Shown: in pieces, positions 26,191 to 37,910 of the stretch
Layout of the letters: each line of letters starts with the position of its first letter
Numbering within the stretch: position 1 is the first letter of the stretch
From: the human T2T-CHM13v2.0 reference genome, Homo sapiens
DNA length: 64,000 bases
Reading direction: 5' to 3'
Assembly (NCBI GenBank): GCA_009914755.4
Contig: CP068257.2
Span: 12,160,001-12,224,000 of the forward strand
The notes under the pieces: model-generated
Database searches by the model: none
Told to the model about the DNA's origin: nothing
Seen by the model: the letters and a program-made list of their open reading frames with translations, nothing else
Translations under genes and position numbers: made by a program

Positions 26191-29100
26191 ATTTTCTTAG
26201 ATAAAAATCATTTTTAAAAAGTGGTATAATGTCTAAGGGCTCAGGGAAACAGTACCCCTATGGCTGTATGGTAAGCAGCAGGCAAGGCTACTTGTCAGAC
26301 CAAGGTGGTAGTGATTCCAGGGTTCCTTTGCACACTTATCCAGGAGCCTGGCTAGCTCAGCACTGCCTGGGTTTACTTTATACCTTCTACAGCTCTAAAG
26401 CTCTGGCAGGTGGGACCTAACCATAAGAGAAATTGCTATTACGCAGGACTCTCTTAACTGCAAGTGACTGAAACCTACTCGATCCAGGAGAACATTGAAT
26501 TACTTGACTCTAATTACTAAAAATATCCTTAAGTAGATGGGCTTCTGGCTCAGTGAGATCAGGGGTCAAATAATATCAACCAAGACTCATTCTGTCCCTT
26601 CATTTCCTGTGTCAGCTCTGCTTTTCATGCAAGCTATTTTGAGAGAACAGCAAAAATGGCCCCATAAATTCCATATAATTTACTTCCTTGCAAGTAACTG
26701 TGCCAATAAAAAGAAAGCACCTCATTCCCAGCAGTTTCATCAAAAGTGCAGGGATGACTTCCATCAGCCCAGCTTGGTTCACATGCCTGTCCCTGAATTA
26801 ATTACCCTGCTGATTGCCCAGGGTGGCCAGCCTCACCCCAATCACATGGACTAGTATTGAAAGAGTGGTCCTCACATGAAAAAAAAATGGAAGAATAGTG
26901 GCAGAGAAATATGGGAGGGAGGGCCTCATCTCTATATAAAAAGTATGAGCATATTTGTGTTCTTTTGTAAACTTATTGATATAGTCACTGGGGAAAAAAA
27001 TTGAGAAAAACCCACACACGACTTTCTACATGCCTCTGTGCTTTGTATTCAACACTGAGCTGTGACAACTGTAATTATTAAAACAAAACTTTGAAAGGAA
27101 GTAACAATTTAGGACAATGGGGACCCTTAGCTGATGCGACAGTGAGCAGTTCTTCTTTTGTGTGCATGAAGATGCAATTCCCAGGAGCCCGCCTGGGGTC
27201 TTCTAGAACAAGCATGTGGGCACCTACTGGCTGCAGTTCCACTTTTCCTTCCCTGGACTCTCGGGAGAAACAAGTTCTGGATTCAGCTGAACTGAGTTTA
27301 AGTTCAGGCTCTGTGACTCACTGGGTAAATCTCTTGCTCTCCTTGAGTCCCATATCCTCATTGGTAAAATGGAGAGGTAGAGTTATTGTTAGGTTTGGAA
27401 GGCAAGGCGAGGGTTAAAGAAAGACAGAGAGACAGTTGGTGGCTTCAACAGCAACATCTTTATTGCCAGCAAAACCCTGGGGAGGAGGAAACCAGCTTAG
27501 TGCCAGCACCAACTGCCACTCACAGGCTGGGGTAATCATGGGACTGGGAGGGAGGGATCTGGGTGGTAGAGCTTGCTGCCCAGCAGGATATGGCAAGGAT
27601 GTCCCTGCAGTCAGGCTGTTGGGCCTTTGCCCAGGAGGACGCGATAAGGATGTTTCTGCAGTCACGTGGTTAGGAAGGATGTTTCTCATGGCCCAAGTTC
27701 CCATGGAACGTTTCACTGTGATCAGAGTCTGCAAAATGGCTGGAGGTTTACAAAATGGTACAGGTTAGACTAACAGTAACATCTCCCAGGTAAGTGGTTC
27801 TACAAAGTAAACTTCCCTTGAGCATCTACACTGTACCAGACATGGTGCTAGGACCCAGGCCACAGGAGGAACAGGACAGATGAGGCCCCTGCCATCCTGG
27901 TGCTCACGTCTGATGAAGAAAGCTAACAGGTCATAAGACCAGGTCAGATGGTGGTGGTAATCAAAGACATTACCAGAGTGAGATGAGCTAGAAAGAAACT
28001 GAAGGAGCTCTTACAAACACAGTGACAGGTGGAGACCCCTCCAAAAGGTGACTTTTGAGCAGAAACCTGAGAAATGTGGAGGGGACTATGGAGAATGACA
28101 AGCCCCTGAAGCAACCCCAGGATTGGGAGGGCAAACCCGGCACCAGGAGGGCAATGGAATGGCCTGACCTGTGCGTCCTTCATGCTTCCTTTCTCAGTGA
28201 TGCACAAACAGAAACATGGGGCAATTTCGTGCAGGGTCCATGGATGAAACAAGAAGCAGCCGCACTGCAGAGCTGGAGTGGGGATAAAATCTGACCCAAC
28301 AGTAAAGCTAGAAGCAGGTGCTGCTTACCACTGACCACAGTGCAGGTCATGAAGCATAACCAGACCATGAAGGCACGTCCAGGGCCAGACCAGCTGGCCG
28401 GGCTGCCAACATCTTAGTAGAGATCCCAGGAGATCAGTTGAGCTGGTTAGGGGGAGAAAAAAAAAAACAGGAAAGCTTCAGAAAATTCCAGAGGACCCAT
28501 GACACTTAACATCAACTTCCCCCAAGTGGGATCTGTTTGTCATTGCTGGTTCTAAAGAGTTGGTTCCACCACCCCCACCTGCCCGTTGCCTAACCAGGGG
28601 AAAACTCAGGGTGGGGTCCACAGAAACAATCCCTCTGGAAGGGGAAAGGGTGTTTCTCATCCAAAACCAAGGGAAAACACCACTCATAAGGAGCAGAGGG
28701 GCCTGAAGGGAGAGACAGGATTCTGCTGCTCATTTGGATATCTGCTTCCCAGCAGGAAAGGGGACCACGCAGGATACAGTGTCTAAGTGGACCCTGTGCT
28801 GTGGGACTAGGGGGGCTGGTGCTGACTCACTGTTGGAGGTGAGCCACTATAGGAGGCTTAGAACCCCTCCCTGCAGCCTCTCCAGTCTAATAAGGGGATG
28901 GTAGTGTGGTCAGTGGGGGCATCCAGATGCAGTCAAAGGGCACAGTGAGTGATGTCTCCTCTGGCCTCCTCTTTCAGCTGCAGATTCTCCGAGTTACTGG
29001 AACAGCTTCTCCATGGCCCCACCAGCCTGGAGGGTGGTGACAGCTCCCAGATGACGCTAACCCCAGGGCCCTGCGCCATCACCCCTGGTTCCCCTTGGCC

Positions 29101-32100
29101 CTGCCCACACCTATGTAAACAGCTTTTTCTTAATGACCCTTCAGCCGCTTCGAGGTCCCTGCCAGTACCTGACTGCCACATTCCCCAAAGGGAACAGGCT
29201 CCTCAGCCCAGGAGCTGAGGTTTCTACAGGCACAGAGAAAACACTGTCCCAACTGTTGGAATGGAGTCGGGAGTGGAAAAAAGAACGTTTTTTCTCAATG
29301 CTTAGACTCACCAATTGTTTCATTTTATCACATGAAGGCTGTGTGGCATTTTGAAGTAGAATTAATAATCTACATAATTACAAATTATATTCTTAAAAGA
29401 AGGTGCTCAGTGCCATGCCTGACACATGGTGGAACTCCACGATGAGATGTGTGAGAAGCCAGGGTGCCATGGTTACAGACAAGGACTGCAGGTACAGACT
29501 GCTTGCTTCAAACCTGGACCAGCGGTGTGAATTTTGGCAACTCTCTGTATTGCTCTTTGCCACTGTTTTTTAATCTAACAACTAGAAGTAAAAACAAGGT
29601 TATTGTAAAAATTAAATGAATTAAAGTAAGCAGAGTGCCTACAACACCCCCAGGCACACAGTCAGCACTGAGCATGTTTTTCATTATACTCTTAAAGAGG
29701 TAAGAGTGAGAACACAGGTGCCAGCCATGAGCCTGGGTTTCTCTGGAGAGGCATCAGAGACTCTACTTTTAACATCCTCCATTCATTCATTTGACCCTGG
29801 TAAGGGAGGAGTCTCATGGGATACAAACAAGCATCCACCTTGGGGCCAGACTTCCCATGGTCAAAGTTGAACTCCACCACTGTTCAGCTGGGTGACTTTG
29901 GGCAAGTGACTTCCCCTCTCTGATCCTCATATTCCCTTTTGATAAAAACAGCACAATGGCAGGCCTATGGGGATTGAAGGAGCTGACAGAAAAATGTGTG
30001 CCTTAGTATAATTTTCCTGGAAGTAGATCCTGAGGCAAATATTCAAATACAAAAATTCTATTTGGAGATAACTCTAGGATAGTAATTCGACTGCCAGTTC
30101 TTCCTTAGGGTGCGTATCCCAGGAAACACCAGTAGAGGAGTGGGGAACTGAGACAGGAAAGGAATGCAGCAGTTAAAGGGACCTTCATCAAGAAAGTTTC
30201 CCCTGTGGCAGCCAGGACTCAGCCCTGCCAGGTACATCTGCAGAGACAGCACAGAACATGTGCCTCAGAGTCACCCACCCAAAGCAAGGGAGCTGGGGTA
30301 TTTATCCACCAATACCCACCAGTCACTCCTCAGGGATCCTTCCAAGGGCATGATTCCTCCAGAATGTCCTGCCTGATCTGCAAGTGTCAGACCAGGGGTT
30401 GAGGACAGGGACCCTGACAGTACCTCCAGCAATGAGCAGGAACACAGCCTGGTGTGGAGAGTTTCAGTCAGTGATTCCAACTCATACACTTACCCACACA
30501 CCACACTCCAGCCCCAACAATGTGTATATGTACACACACATACATGCATACATGACTGTTACCCACTTTGATCCTGGTGACTCCATGGGATATACAGTAA
30601 GGCAGAAATCAGAGGGAAGAGCAGAATTAAGGGGAGTGAAAATCTTAAGAAGAAAATGCAAATTTAGGCAGAAAATCAAGGGGGAAGAGGAGTGTTCTGG
30701 ACACCAAATGCTGGCTGGGTGGCACCTACTCTACACACACTGTCACTAATTATCCAAGAAGCCTTGTGGGGTAGAAGAAATTCCTCTTAATTTACAGATG
30801 ACAGAAATGTAGTCCAGAAAACTGACTTTACTAATGTCTCAGCAAGCTAGTGGGTGATAGATATGGACTCCCAGATCTTTCTGTCCACAGAGCCTATAAA
30901 TTCTTCCTTGTTAGGCAGGCTGCATACCAGGCCCTGCTTCTGGGCTCTGCTCCTTTTCCTGCTAGGCAATCGTGGCAGAATTGACAGAAATGTTATCCCC
31001 CTTCACCACCTGGAGCAGAGCCAATGAGAGGAGCTGGGGAACAGGCCATGAGGCCCTGCACCCACCATTCAATGTCTTCAGGATTGTGGTCCCTCAGAAC
31101 TCTTGCACCACATGATGGCATCACTCCTGGGTGTCTTCTGAGGTTGCATAGGATTCAGTAGAGGCCAGTGGCTGTGCTGTCATATCCTAAGAGGCAGCCA
31201 CGCAGGCTTGCGTCTCTTGGCTGCTTCAGCACCAGAGGTTGGACAGCGCCCATGCACTGAGGCCCTCGGGAGAATGGGAGGAGGGAAAGGAAGGGCAGAA
31301 TGGAGTGATGTAGTGTCCATCCACCATGTCCCTGGATGGAGAGACCCACACCGGGACCACCGCTGGTACTCATGAAGATGCCAGCCTCCATTTATATGTC
31401 CTCATCTGACAACTCCTTCCCATTTTCATCCTGGAGACAAGACCTCTGAACACATTAGCTCTGAGGGCACCTGAGTGTAACCTGAGACAGTCCCTGAAGA
31501 CTTTTCATCCAAGCAGGATCCCTCCCTTGCCATCTCCAGACCTGCCCCACAAGCTCCCTCCCGGGTCTCCTGGCTCTTGTTCACTCCTTCCAGGCAGCCT
31601 TCTACAGTCATCTCTAAAATATATCTGACTGTCCCTCCTTTATCCAGCACCTTCTATGGCTCCCCAGAGCCCTCCAGCTCAAGTTCAAGTTCTTTGATCA
31701 GACATTTGATCTCAAGCTGCATTCTACCTCCCAAATTAAGATACTGGAGAAGCCACCTTGCCCAGCACAAGTGCATCACTGAAGTCCCAAGTCTTGAACG
31801 TGGCCTTGGTCTTGAGGAAGTCATGAACACCCTGGCTAGTGAGGGTGCAGGGCTGCTCCAGGATGATGGTGTCTAAAGTTGTGCACAAGGTCACAGGCCC
31901 TGCAGAAGCATCACCCCTCAGGAATGGGTAGTACAGGAAGTCCATGCACAGGCAGATCTGCTGGTGCCATTACACTATGAGGGCACTGAGCTCAAATAGG
32001 GTGGCAATATATTCACTGGGATTCCTGCAAGGTGAGGCTGGGGAGAGGAAGCAGCTCCATAACACATATGAAACCCTGGAAACCCTTCTCAGCCAAAATC

Positions 32101-33799
32101 TCAGGACCACATTACACCCAGAAATGGGTGCCCTCTGAGCACAATTGTCTCTCTGTCTCCCACTCTGAGCTCCCTCATGGCCCCACATGCCCCAGCCTGG
32201 CCCAGAGCTTGAAGCCCAGTAACTGTTCAGTCCATGGTGTTGACTGCTCCCTGGGACAGGAGAGCGCTTGGTGGCTCTGGGACTCCTCCTGTGGAACCCC
32301 TGCATCTGCCTTGGGACCTCCCAATTCCCATGGGAAGCCCCCATGGCTCTGGATTGCCCCACCTGCCCTGGGATCCTCCAGCCCCATAAGACTTACTTGA
32401 TGCCTTAGACCTCCCAGAACATGACATGTTTCTCAGAATGTGGCTGATGTCCAGGGCCATCTGTGGATGTTTCTGGGGACTTCTAGCTGATTTCCTTTAT
32501 GGTCTGTAGGGCACGGCCAAGAGGAGAAACCAGCCCAACCTCAGAATGGACAAAAGGCTCACTGCCCCAATGGCAACCACCAAACTGTCAGCAGTGCTTC
32601 TGAAAGGAAAGGTTTCATTCTGCAGAAAGCTCCTTGTTTGGCTTCTTTCTGATGCCAGGGAGGGGTACCAATCCCTGCATACCTGTGGTGCCTACGTTAC
32701 CATCTCTGCCTAGGATGTGCAATGGGCCCCTGCTCTCACTGCGGGGTTGACGTTACCTCCAGCTGGAGACCTGGGCTCCTGACACCGCCTGGCCTCTTTG
32801 TCCTTCTCTGGATGAGGGTGGAAAGGCTGTACCTGGTATTTCCCTAGGTCCTTGGTTTCCACCTTCTAAACATCCAGCAGGAGTGACCATGCCCAGCACC
32901 ACACCTGAAGTGGGACTCCCTTGTGGAGCAGCCAAGAAATCTACAGATGGAAGAATGCTCTGGTGAGATAAGCCACAGGGGTCCCTGGGGAGGATCTGGG
33001 GCCAGAGGATTCTGGAGGTTTCCAGCCTTGGGCTCTGTGGGAACTATGATCTGGAGATATTTTTTTCATTTAGGTCACCAAGAGACAACCCCTAACCCCT
33101 GAGCAAGGCATGGTCAAGCTCTGGCATGAGATTCTCTTCCAGCAATGCAATGCTTGCAGAGACAGGTACAAAAGCTGGTGACCAGGCCTGCTGTCCCCCA
33201 GGTAAGGACAGTGTGCTACCCACCCTCTGAGAGGTGGTGCCAGTCCACAGCACTGGGTGCCTGTACCCCTGGCTCTGCAGATACCGGTCATGGAAGTCCC
33301 ATGGAGGTCCTCCCCTCTCCACATTACCTTCTTGCTGCTTCTAGACTTCTTCTAGTCATTAAGCATGTTGAGCCATTTTTCTGTGCATCCGATCTGACAT
33401 TTTTGCTCTCAGATGAAACACGACAAAGTAAGCTGAGCCACCAGGATTCCTGGAGGGAACCTTGGATGCTTGGTCTTGGGCTCCAGGGCACTGATGGGAG
33501 GGAGCCAGGGAAGAACAAACACTGGGGCTGAGCCCCTATGACCCAATGGGAACTTGTGGCCTGTCCTTATGGCCCCAAGACACCCTGTCCTCAGGCCACA
33601 GGCACCACGGGCTTTGGTCAGATCCCAGCCTCCCAGTAGTGTCCCGGCACTAGTGGGTGCTGACCCCTGAGCCACAACCACAGTTCTGGGTTTGGGGTAT
33701 GGTAAAACCACCCCAGGGACAGAGTTCTGGGGCCGGGTTTGGGAGGAACCAAGGCACCTCCCAGGGATGGTGTGTCACTCCTACTTGCCATGAAATGTG

Positions 33800-34110
33800 C
33801 ACAAAGGCTGTCCTCCTGCCCATCCCATCCTGCTGGACAGGATGGAGGAAGTGAGGGAACAGGCAGCGTGGACAGCTAGGGTGCAGGGAGAGGCAGGTGC
33901 ATGCTGGGAGGTCAGGCCCTGTGAGGGCTGTGGGGGCATCAGGTGGAGTGGGCTTCAGGTACACCCTCAGTGCAATGGGCAGGTCTCAGGCCAGGCTTCC
34001 TGGACCCCGGCTGGGTGATGTGGTCACTCCCTGGGGGACTACTGTCAGACCCTGGCCACGCACCCTGGGCAGCACTGTCCCATCCCAGGACTGGATTTTC
34101 TGAGTCCTCA
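33800..34110 (+). repeat. Inverted duplication, arm 1 (about 300 bp)
   Basis: This arm is the reverse complement of 34525-34835 at about 85% identity. The shared strings include 'gacctcccagcatgcac', 'ccacctgatgcccc' and 'gtgaccacatcacccagcc'. Spurious ORFs on opposite strands give near-identical peptides ('RMEEVREQAAWTARVQGEAGACWEVRPCEGCGGIRWSGLQVHPQC' vs 'RMEEAREQAGWAAEFQGETCACWEVRPSEGCWGIRWTGLQVHRQC'). Confidence 0.8.
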
Positions 34111-34524
34111 GACAGGAAAACACTGCCCAGGCCTGACAGACTGGGAAGACCTCTTAAGTCCTCCATCCCTAGACCAGCCTCCCAACAGCAGGGACAGTCT
34201 CCTACCTTTACCTTCAGGGCACTGACTGATCCATCTCACTCTAAGGCAACCAAGGCAGAGCTGAGGACCTGTGCCAGGCTGGAAGCCAGTCCCCTCCCTA
34301 AATAGGCCTTAGGGAAGCCTCATCCCTGTCCCAGTGCACTGCAAGTTTCAGCCCAGGAGACACATAGGGAAGGGAGGATGGGGCCTCCCCACTGGCTGAC
34401 CCTGGAAAAGCGGGACCTGGGAGAAGAGGGAGTGCAGGGCTGGCAGGGGATTCTCCAGGCCCATGGAGAGCTCAGTCTGCACCATGGGGCTGCCCCTCCT
34501 GGGCTGGAGGCTGTGCCCTCTGCA

Positions 34525-34835
34525 GGATCTGAGGAAGTGCAGTCCTGAGATGGGACAGTGCTACCCAGGTTGGGTAGCCAGAGCCTGACAATAGTCCCCC
34601 AGCAAATGACCACATCACCCAGCCAGGGTCCAGGGAGCCTGGGCCAAGACCTGCCCAGTGCACTGACGGTGCACCTGGAGCCCAGTCCACCTGATGCCCC
34701 AACAGCCCTCACTGGGTCTGACCTCCCAGCATGCACATGTCTCTCCCTGAAACTCAGCTGCCCACCCTGCCTGTTCCCTGGCCTCCTCCATCCTGTGCAG
34801 CCCATAGACTGTGACCATCTCTCTGGCCACTCTGG
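34525..34835 (-). repeat. Inverted duplication, arm 2 (about 300 bp). The spacer to arm 1 is about 415 bp.
   Basis: See arm 1. This arm contains 'ggtagccagagcctgacaatagtcccccagcaaatgaccacatcacccagccagggtccagggagcctgggccaagacctgcccagtgcactgacggtgcacctggagcccagtccacctgatgccccaacagccctcactgggtctgacctcccagcatgcacatgtctctccctg'. Confidence 0.8.
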
Positions 34836-34989
34836 TACTTCCTTTACTTTTGTCCTGTCAGAATCCCTGAGCAAGATCTCCCAGGTCCATCCAAACACCT
34901 GCTTTGTCCACTTTTGACTGGGCCATTGAACACCACTGGGCCATCCCAGCTGTCCACAGGGTCCTCGATAACATGCATTTCTCCTGACA

Positions 34990-35880
34990 TCTCCCTGCAG
35001 TGCTCAGCAGCCCCCACTGACCAGGTCCCTGCTGACCAGATCCAGCATATCAGATCCTCCCTGACCACACCCTCACTGACTAGACCCCCATCACCAGGCC
35101 TCACTAACTAGATTCCCGCTGACAGGCCCACAATGACCAGGACTCCACTGATGAGGACCTTACTGATAAGTCCTCACTTGTAAGGCCTCACTGACCAGGT
35201 CCTTACTGACAAGGCCTCGCTGATCAGGTTCCACCGATAATGACCCCATTGCCTGGTCCCACAGATGAAGCCCCACTGAGCAGGCCTCCAGGGAATAGGC
35301 TGCCAGTGACCAGGCTCCTACTAACCACGCCTGAGGTGACCAGATGCCCCTGACTGGGACTCTAATGAGTATGCCCCACTGAACAGGCATGCACTGCTCA
35401 GATCCCCGCTGACCTGGTCACCCCGTAGACCAGTGCTACAAAAGCCACCACTGATCAAGTCCTCTCTGACCAGGCCCCCACTGATTAGGTTCCACTGAGC
35501 AGCCTGCCCTGACCAGGGCCCCACTGACAAGCGCCTCTGCTGACTAGGTCCCATGTGGCCAGGCCTCCACTGAATAACACCCCTTGACCTGGTCACCAGT
35601 AACCCAGCCCAATCAGACAAGGCCACAACTAAGCCCCAGCTGACAAGGTCTCCACTGACCAAGTCCCACAGCCCAGGTTGGCATTGACCAGACACCAAAC
35701 ATTTGTCTGCCACTAGGAACCCACTCACCAAGAGCTGCACTACTAGATCCCTCTAATGAGACCCTCTCTAGGCAGACACCTGCTGACCACCCCCCACTAA
35801 ATAGGCCTCACTGACAAAGTCCCAACTGACTAGGTCCCCTGAGCAGGCCTACACTGATCAGGCCCCTCCTAACCATATCA
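34990..35880. repeat. Degenerate minisatellite with period about 14-15 bp, about 60 units, consensus roughly CCACTGACCAGGYCC
   Basis: Successive units include 'cactgaccaggtcc|ttactgacaaggcct|cgctgatcaggttcc|accgataatgacccc|attgcctggtccc|acagatgaagcccc|actgagcaggcctcc|...'. The same phasing is visible throughout. The run ends directly at the macrosatellite boundary. Confidence 0.8.
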
Positions 35881-35884
35881 GAAG

Positions 35885-37910
35885 GCCAAGCGGCAATGAG
35901 ATGTTTCATATGGCAGGAGTAGGAGCAAGACAGAGAGAGGAAAGAGGTGTGACATCCTGTTAGACAACCAGATCACATAAGAACTCACCATCAGGACATC
36001 GGCATCAAGAAAACTAACCAATGGTGAAGGATCCTCCACCCACACCACCGCCCACTGTTTCCAGGCAGAAGCCTCCTGCAGAAGCAGAACCTCTTAGGAA
36101 ACATCCACTATGGCAGTGCAGAAGGAAAATATAGGCTTTGAGCCCCCACACAGGAGGCCACCTTCCTCCAGACTCCAGGTTCATAAGCCCACCAACAGCT
36201 CACACCCTCAGTATGGAAAAGCTACAGGCACTCGACACCAACCCAGCCCATGAGAGCAGCCATGGGGGCAACACCCTGCAAAGCCAGAGATGCACTGTCC
36301 TAGTAGAGGTTTCCCATGAGCCTCTGCCTCTGCAGCAAGTTACTCCCACCCTCCCACCACCCTACTGACGACCTACTCCTCCCCACACTACTCCTCCTTT
36401 TCCTTCCACCCCAACCCCCTCCCATCCAAGATTAAATCACCTCCCACCTGGCACACCTCCGACATTAAGGATGACACGTGAGTTTTACAGGGACACACAG
36501 CCAACCCATATTATTCTGACCCTGATACCCCAGAACCTCATGTCCTTCTCACAGAGCAAAACACAATCATGCCTTTTCAAAAGTTTCCAAAAGTCTTAAC
36601 TCATTCCAAATGTAAAAATTTCAAAGTCTCATCTGAGACAAGGTTACAATCCCTTCTGCCAATGAGTCCCTGAATTTAAAAGGGATTTCTTTTCCTTCAA
36701 GGTACAATAGGCATTGGGTAAGTTTTCTCAATCCAAAGGGAAGAAATTCCCCAGAAAAATAACACAAATGCAAGTCCAAACCCCAGCAGGACAGTATTCA
36801 TTCAATACAGTATCTCACAGCTCTGTAATCATCAAGAGAACTCACTATCATGCAGACAGCATTAAGGAGACAGTGTTAAACAATTTATGAAGAATCCAAT
36901 CCCCACCCTCATCTTTCACACCCATCCACAAAATAATCTCCACCATTCTCCCCACACCCCTACCTCCAACACCCACTCTTCGCCATGATTAAATCACCTC
37001 CCACCAGGCCCCACCTTTAACTTTCACCATCACAATTCCATGAGAGTATTGGTAGGGACAAAAAGTCAAATCATATTATTCTGACATGGGTCCCCCCCAA
37101 TCTCATATCCTTGTCACACTACAAAATACAATGATGCCTTCTGTACAGTCCCCCAAATTCTTAACTCATTCCAGCATTTACTGAAATGCCCAAAGCCCAG
37201 AGTCTCATCTGAGGCAAGTCTACAGTCCCTTCTGCTCATGAGCCACTGAATTACATATAAAGCAAGTTTACTACTTCCAAGGTGCAATGATTGTACAGGC
37301 GTTGGGTAAGCATTCCCAGCCAAAAGGAAAAAAATTGCCAGAAAGAAGCACAAAAAACAGATGGGGCTTACAGACCCCATGCAAGTCAAAAACCCAGCAG
37401 GCCAGTCATTGAATCCTACAGCTCCCAAATCATATTTTCTGAATCTGTATCCCACATCTGGAGCACAGGGGTGGATAGCTGGGCTCCCAAGGCCTTGGGC
37501 AGCTCAGCATCTGTGACTGTGCAGGGTCTATCCCCCACAGGTGACCTCATGGGCTGGGCTGGTGTTGAGTGCCTGTGGCTTTTCCACACTGAGGGTGCCA
37601 GCAGTTGGCGGGTCTATGAATCTGGGGTCTGGAAAATGGTGCATTCCTGTGTGGGCGCTACAACCCTATATGTTCCTTCTGTACTGCCCTAGTAAATGTT
37701 TCCCATGAGGCTCTGCCTCTTGGAAAAGCTGCTGTCTCAACACCCAGGTTTTCCCATACATACTCTGGAGTCTAGACAAAGGCTCCCAAGCCTCTAGTTT
37801 TGTGCTCTGTGCACCTGCTGGCTTAGTACTATGTGGAAGCCACCAAGGTTTGAAGCTTGCACCCCTGAAGCAGTGATGCAAGCTGTACCTGTGCATCTTT
37901 CAGCCGTGAC
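35885..37910 (-). repeat. Array subunit U0. It is 5'-truncated because the array starts inside an LTR module. It is a mosaic: the last about 700 bp closely match the U6 tail, while upstream modules resemble U2-type modules.
   Basis: The first array bases 'ggccaagcggcaatgagatgtttcatatggcaggagtaggagcaagacagagagagg' correspond to mid-LTR. The preceding 'aaagaggtttaa...ctgcaggctgtaa...ggaggactcaggaagcctcccaatcatacc' is absent. Sequence 37200-37910 is about 96% identical to 56560-57258. Confidence 0.75.

Noticed and set aside
31736-31945. A minus-strand ORF 'MDFLYYPFLRGDASAGPVTLCTTLDTIILEQPCTLTSQGVHDFLKTKATFKTWDFSD' that looked vaguely protein-like
   Set aside because: I could not match it to any protein family from memory. 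It is short, isolated and in a GC-rich region full of overlapping random ORFs. It needs a database search before any call.
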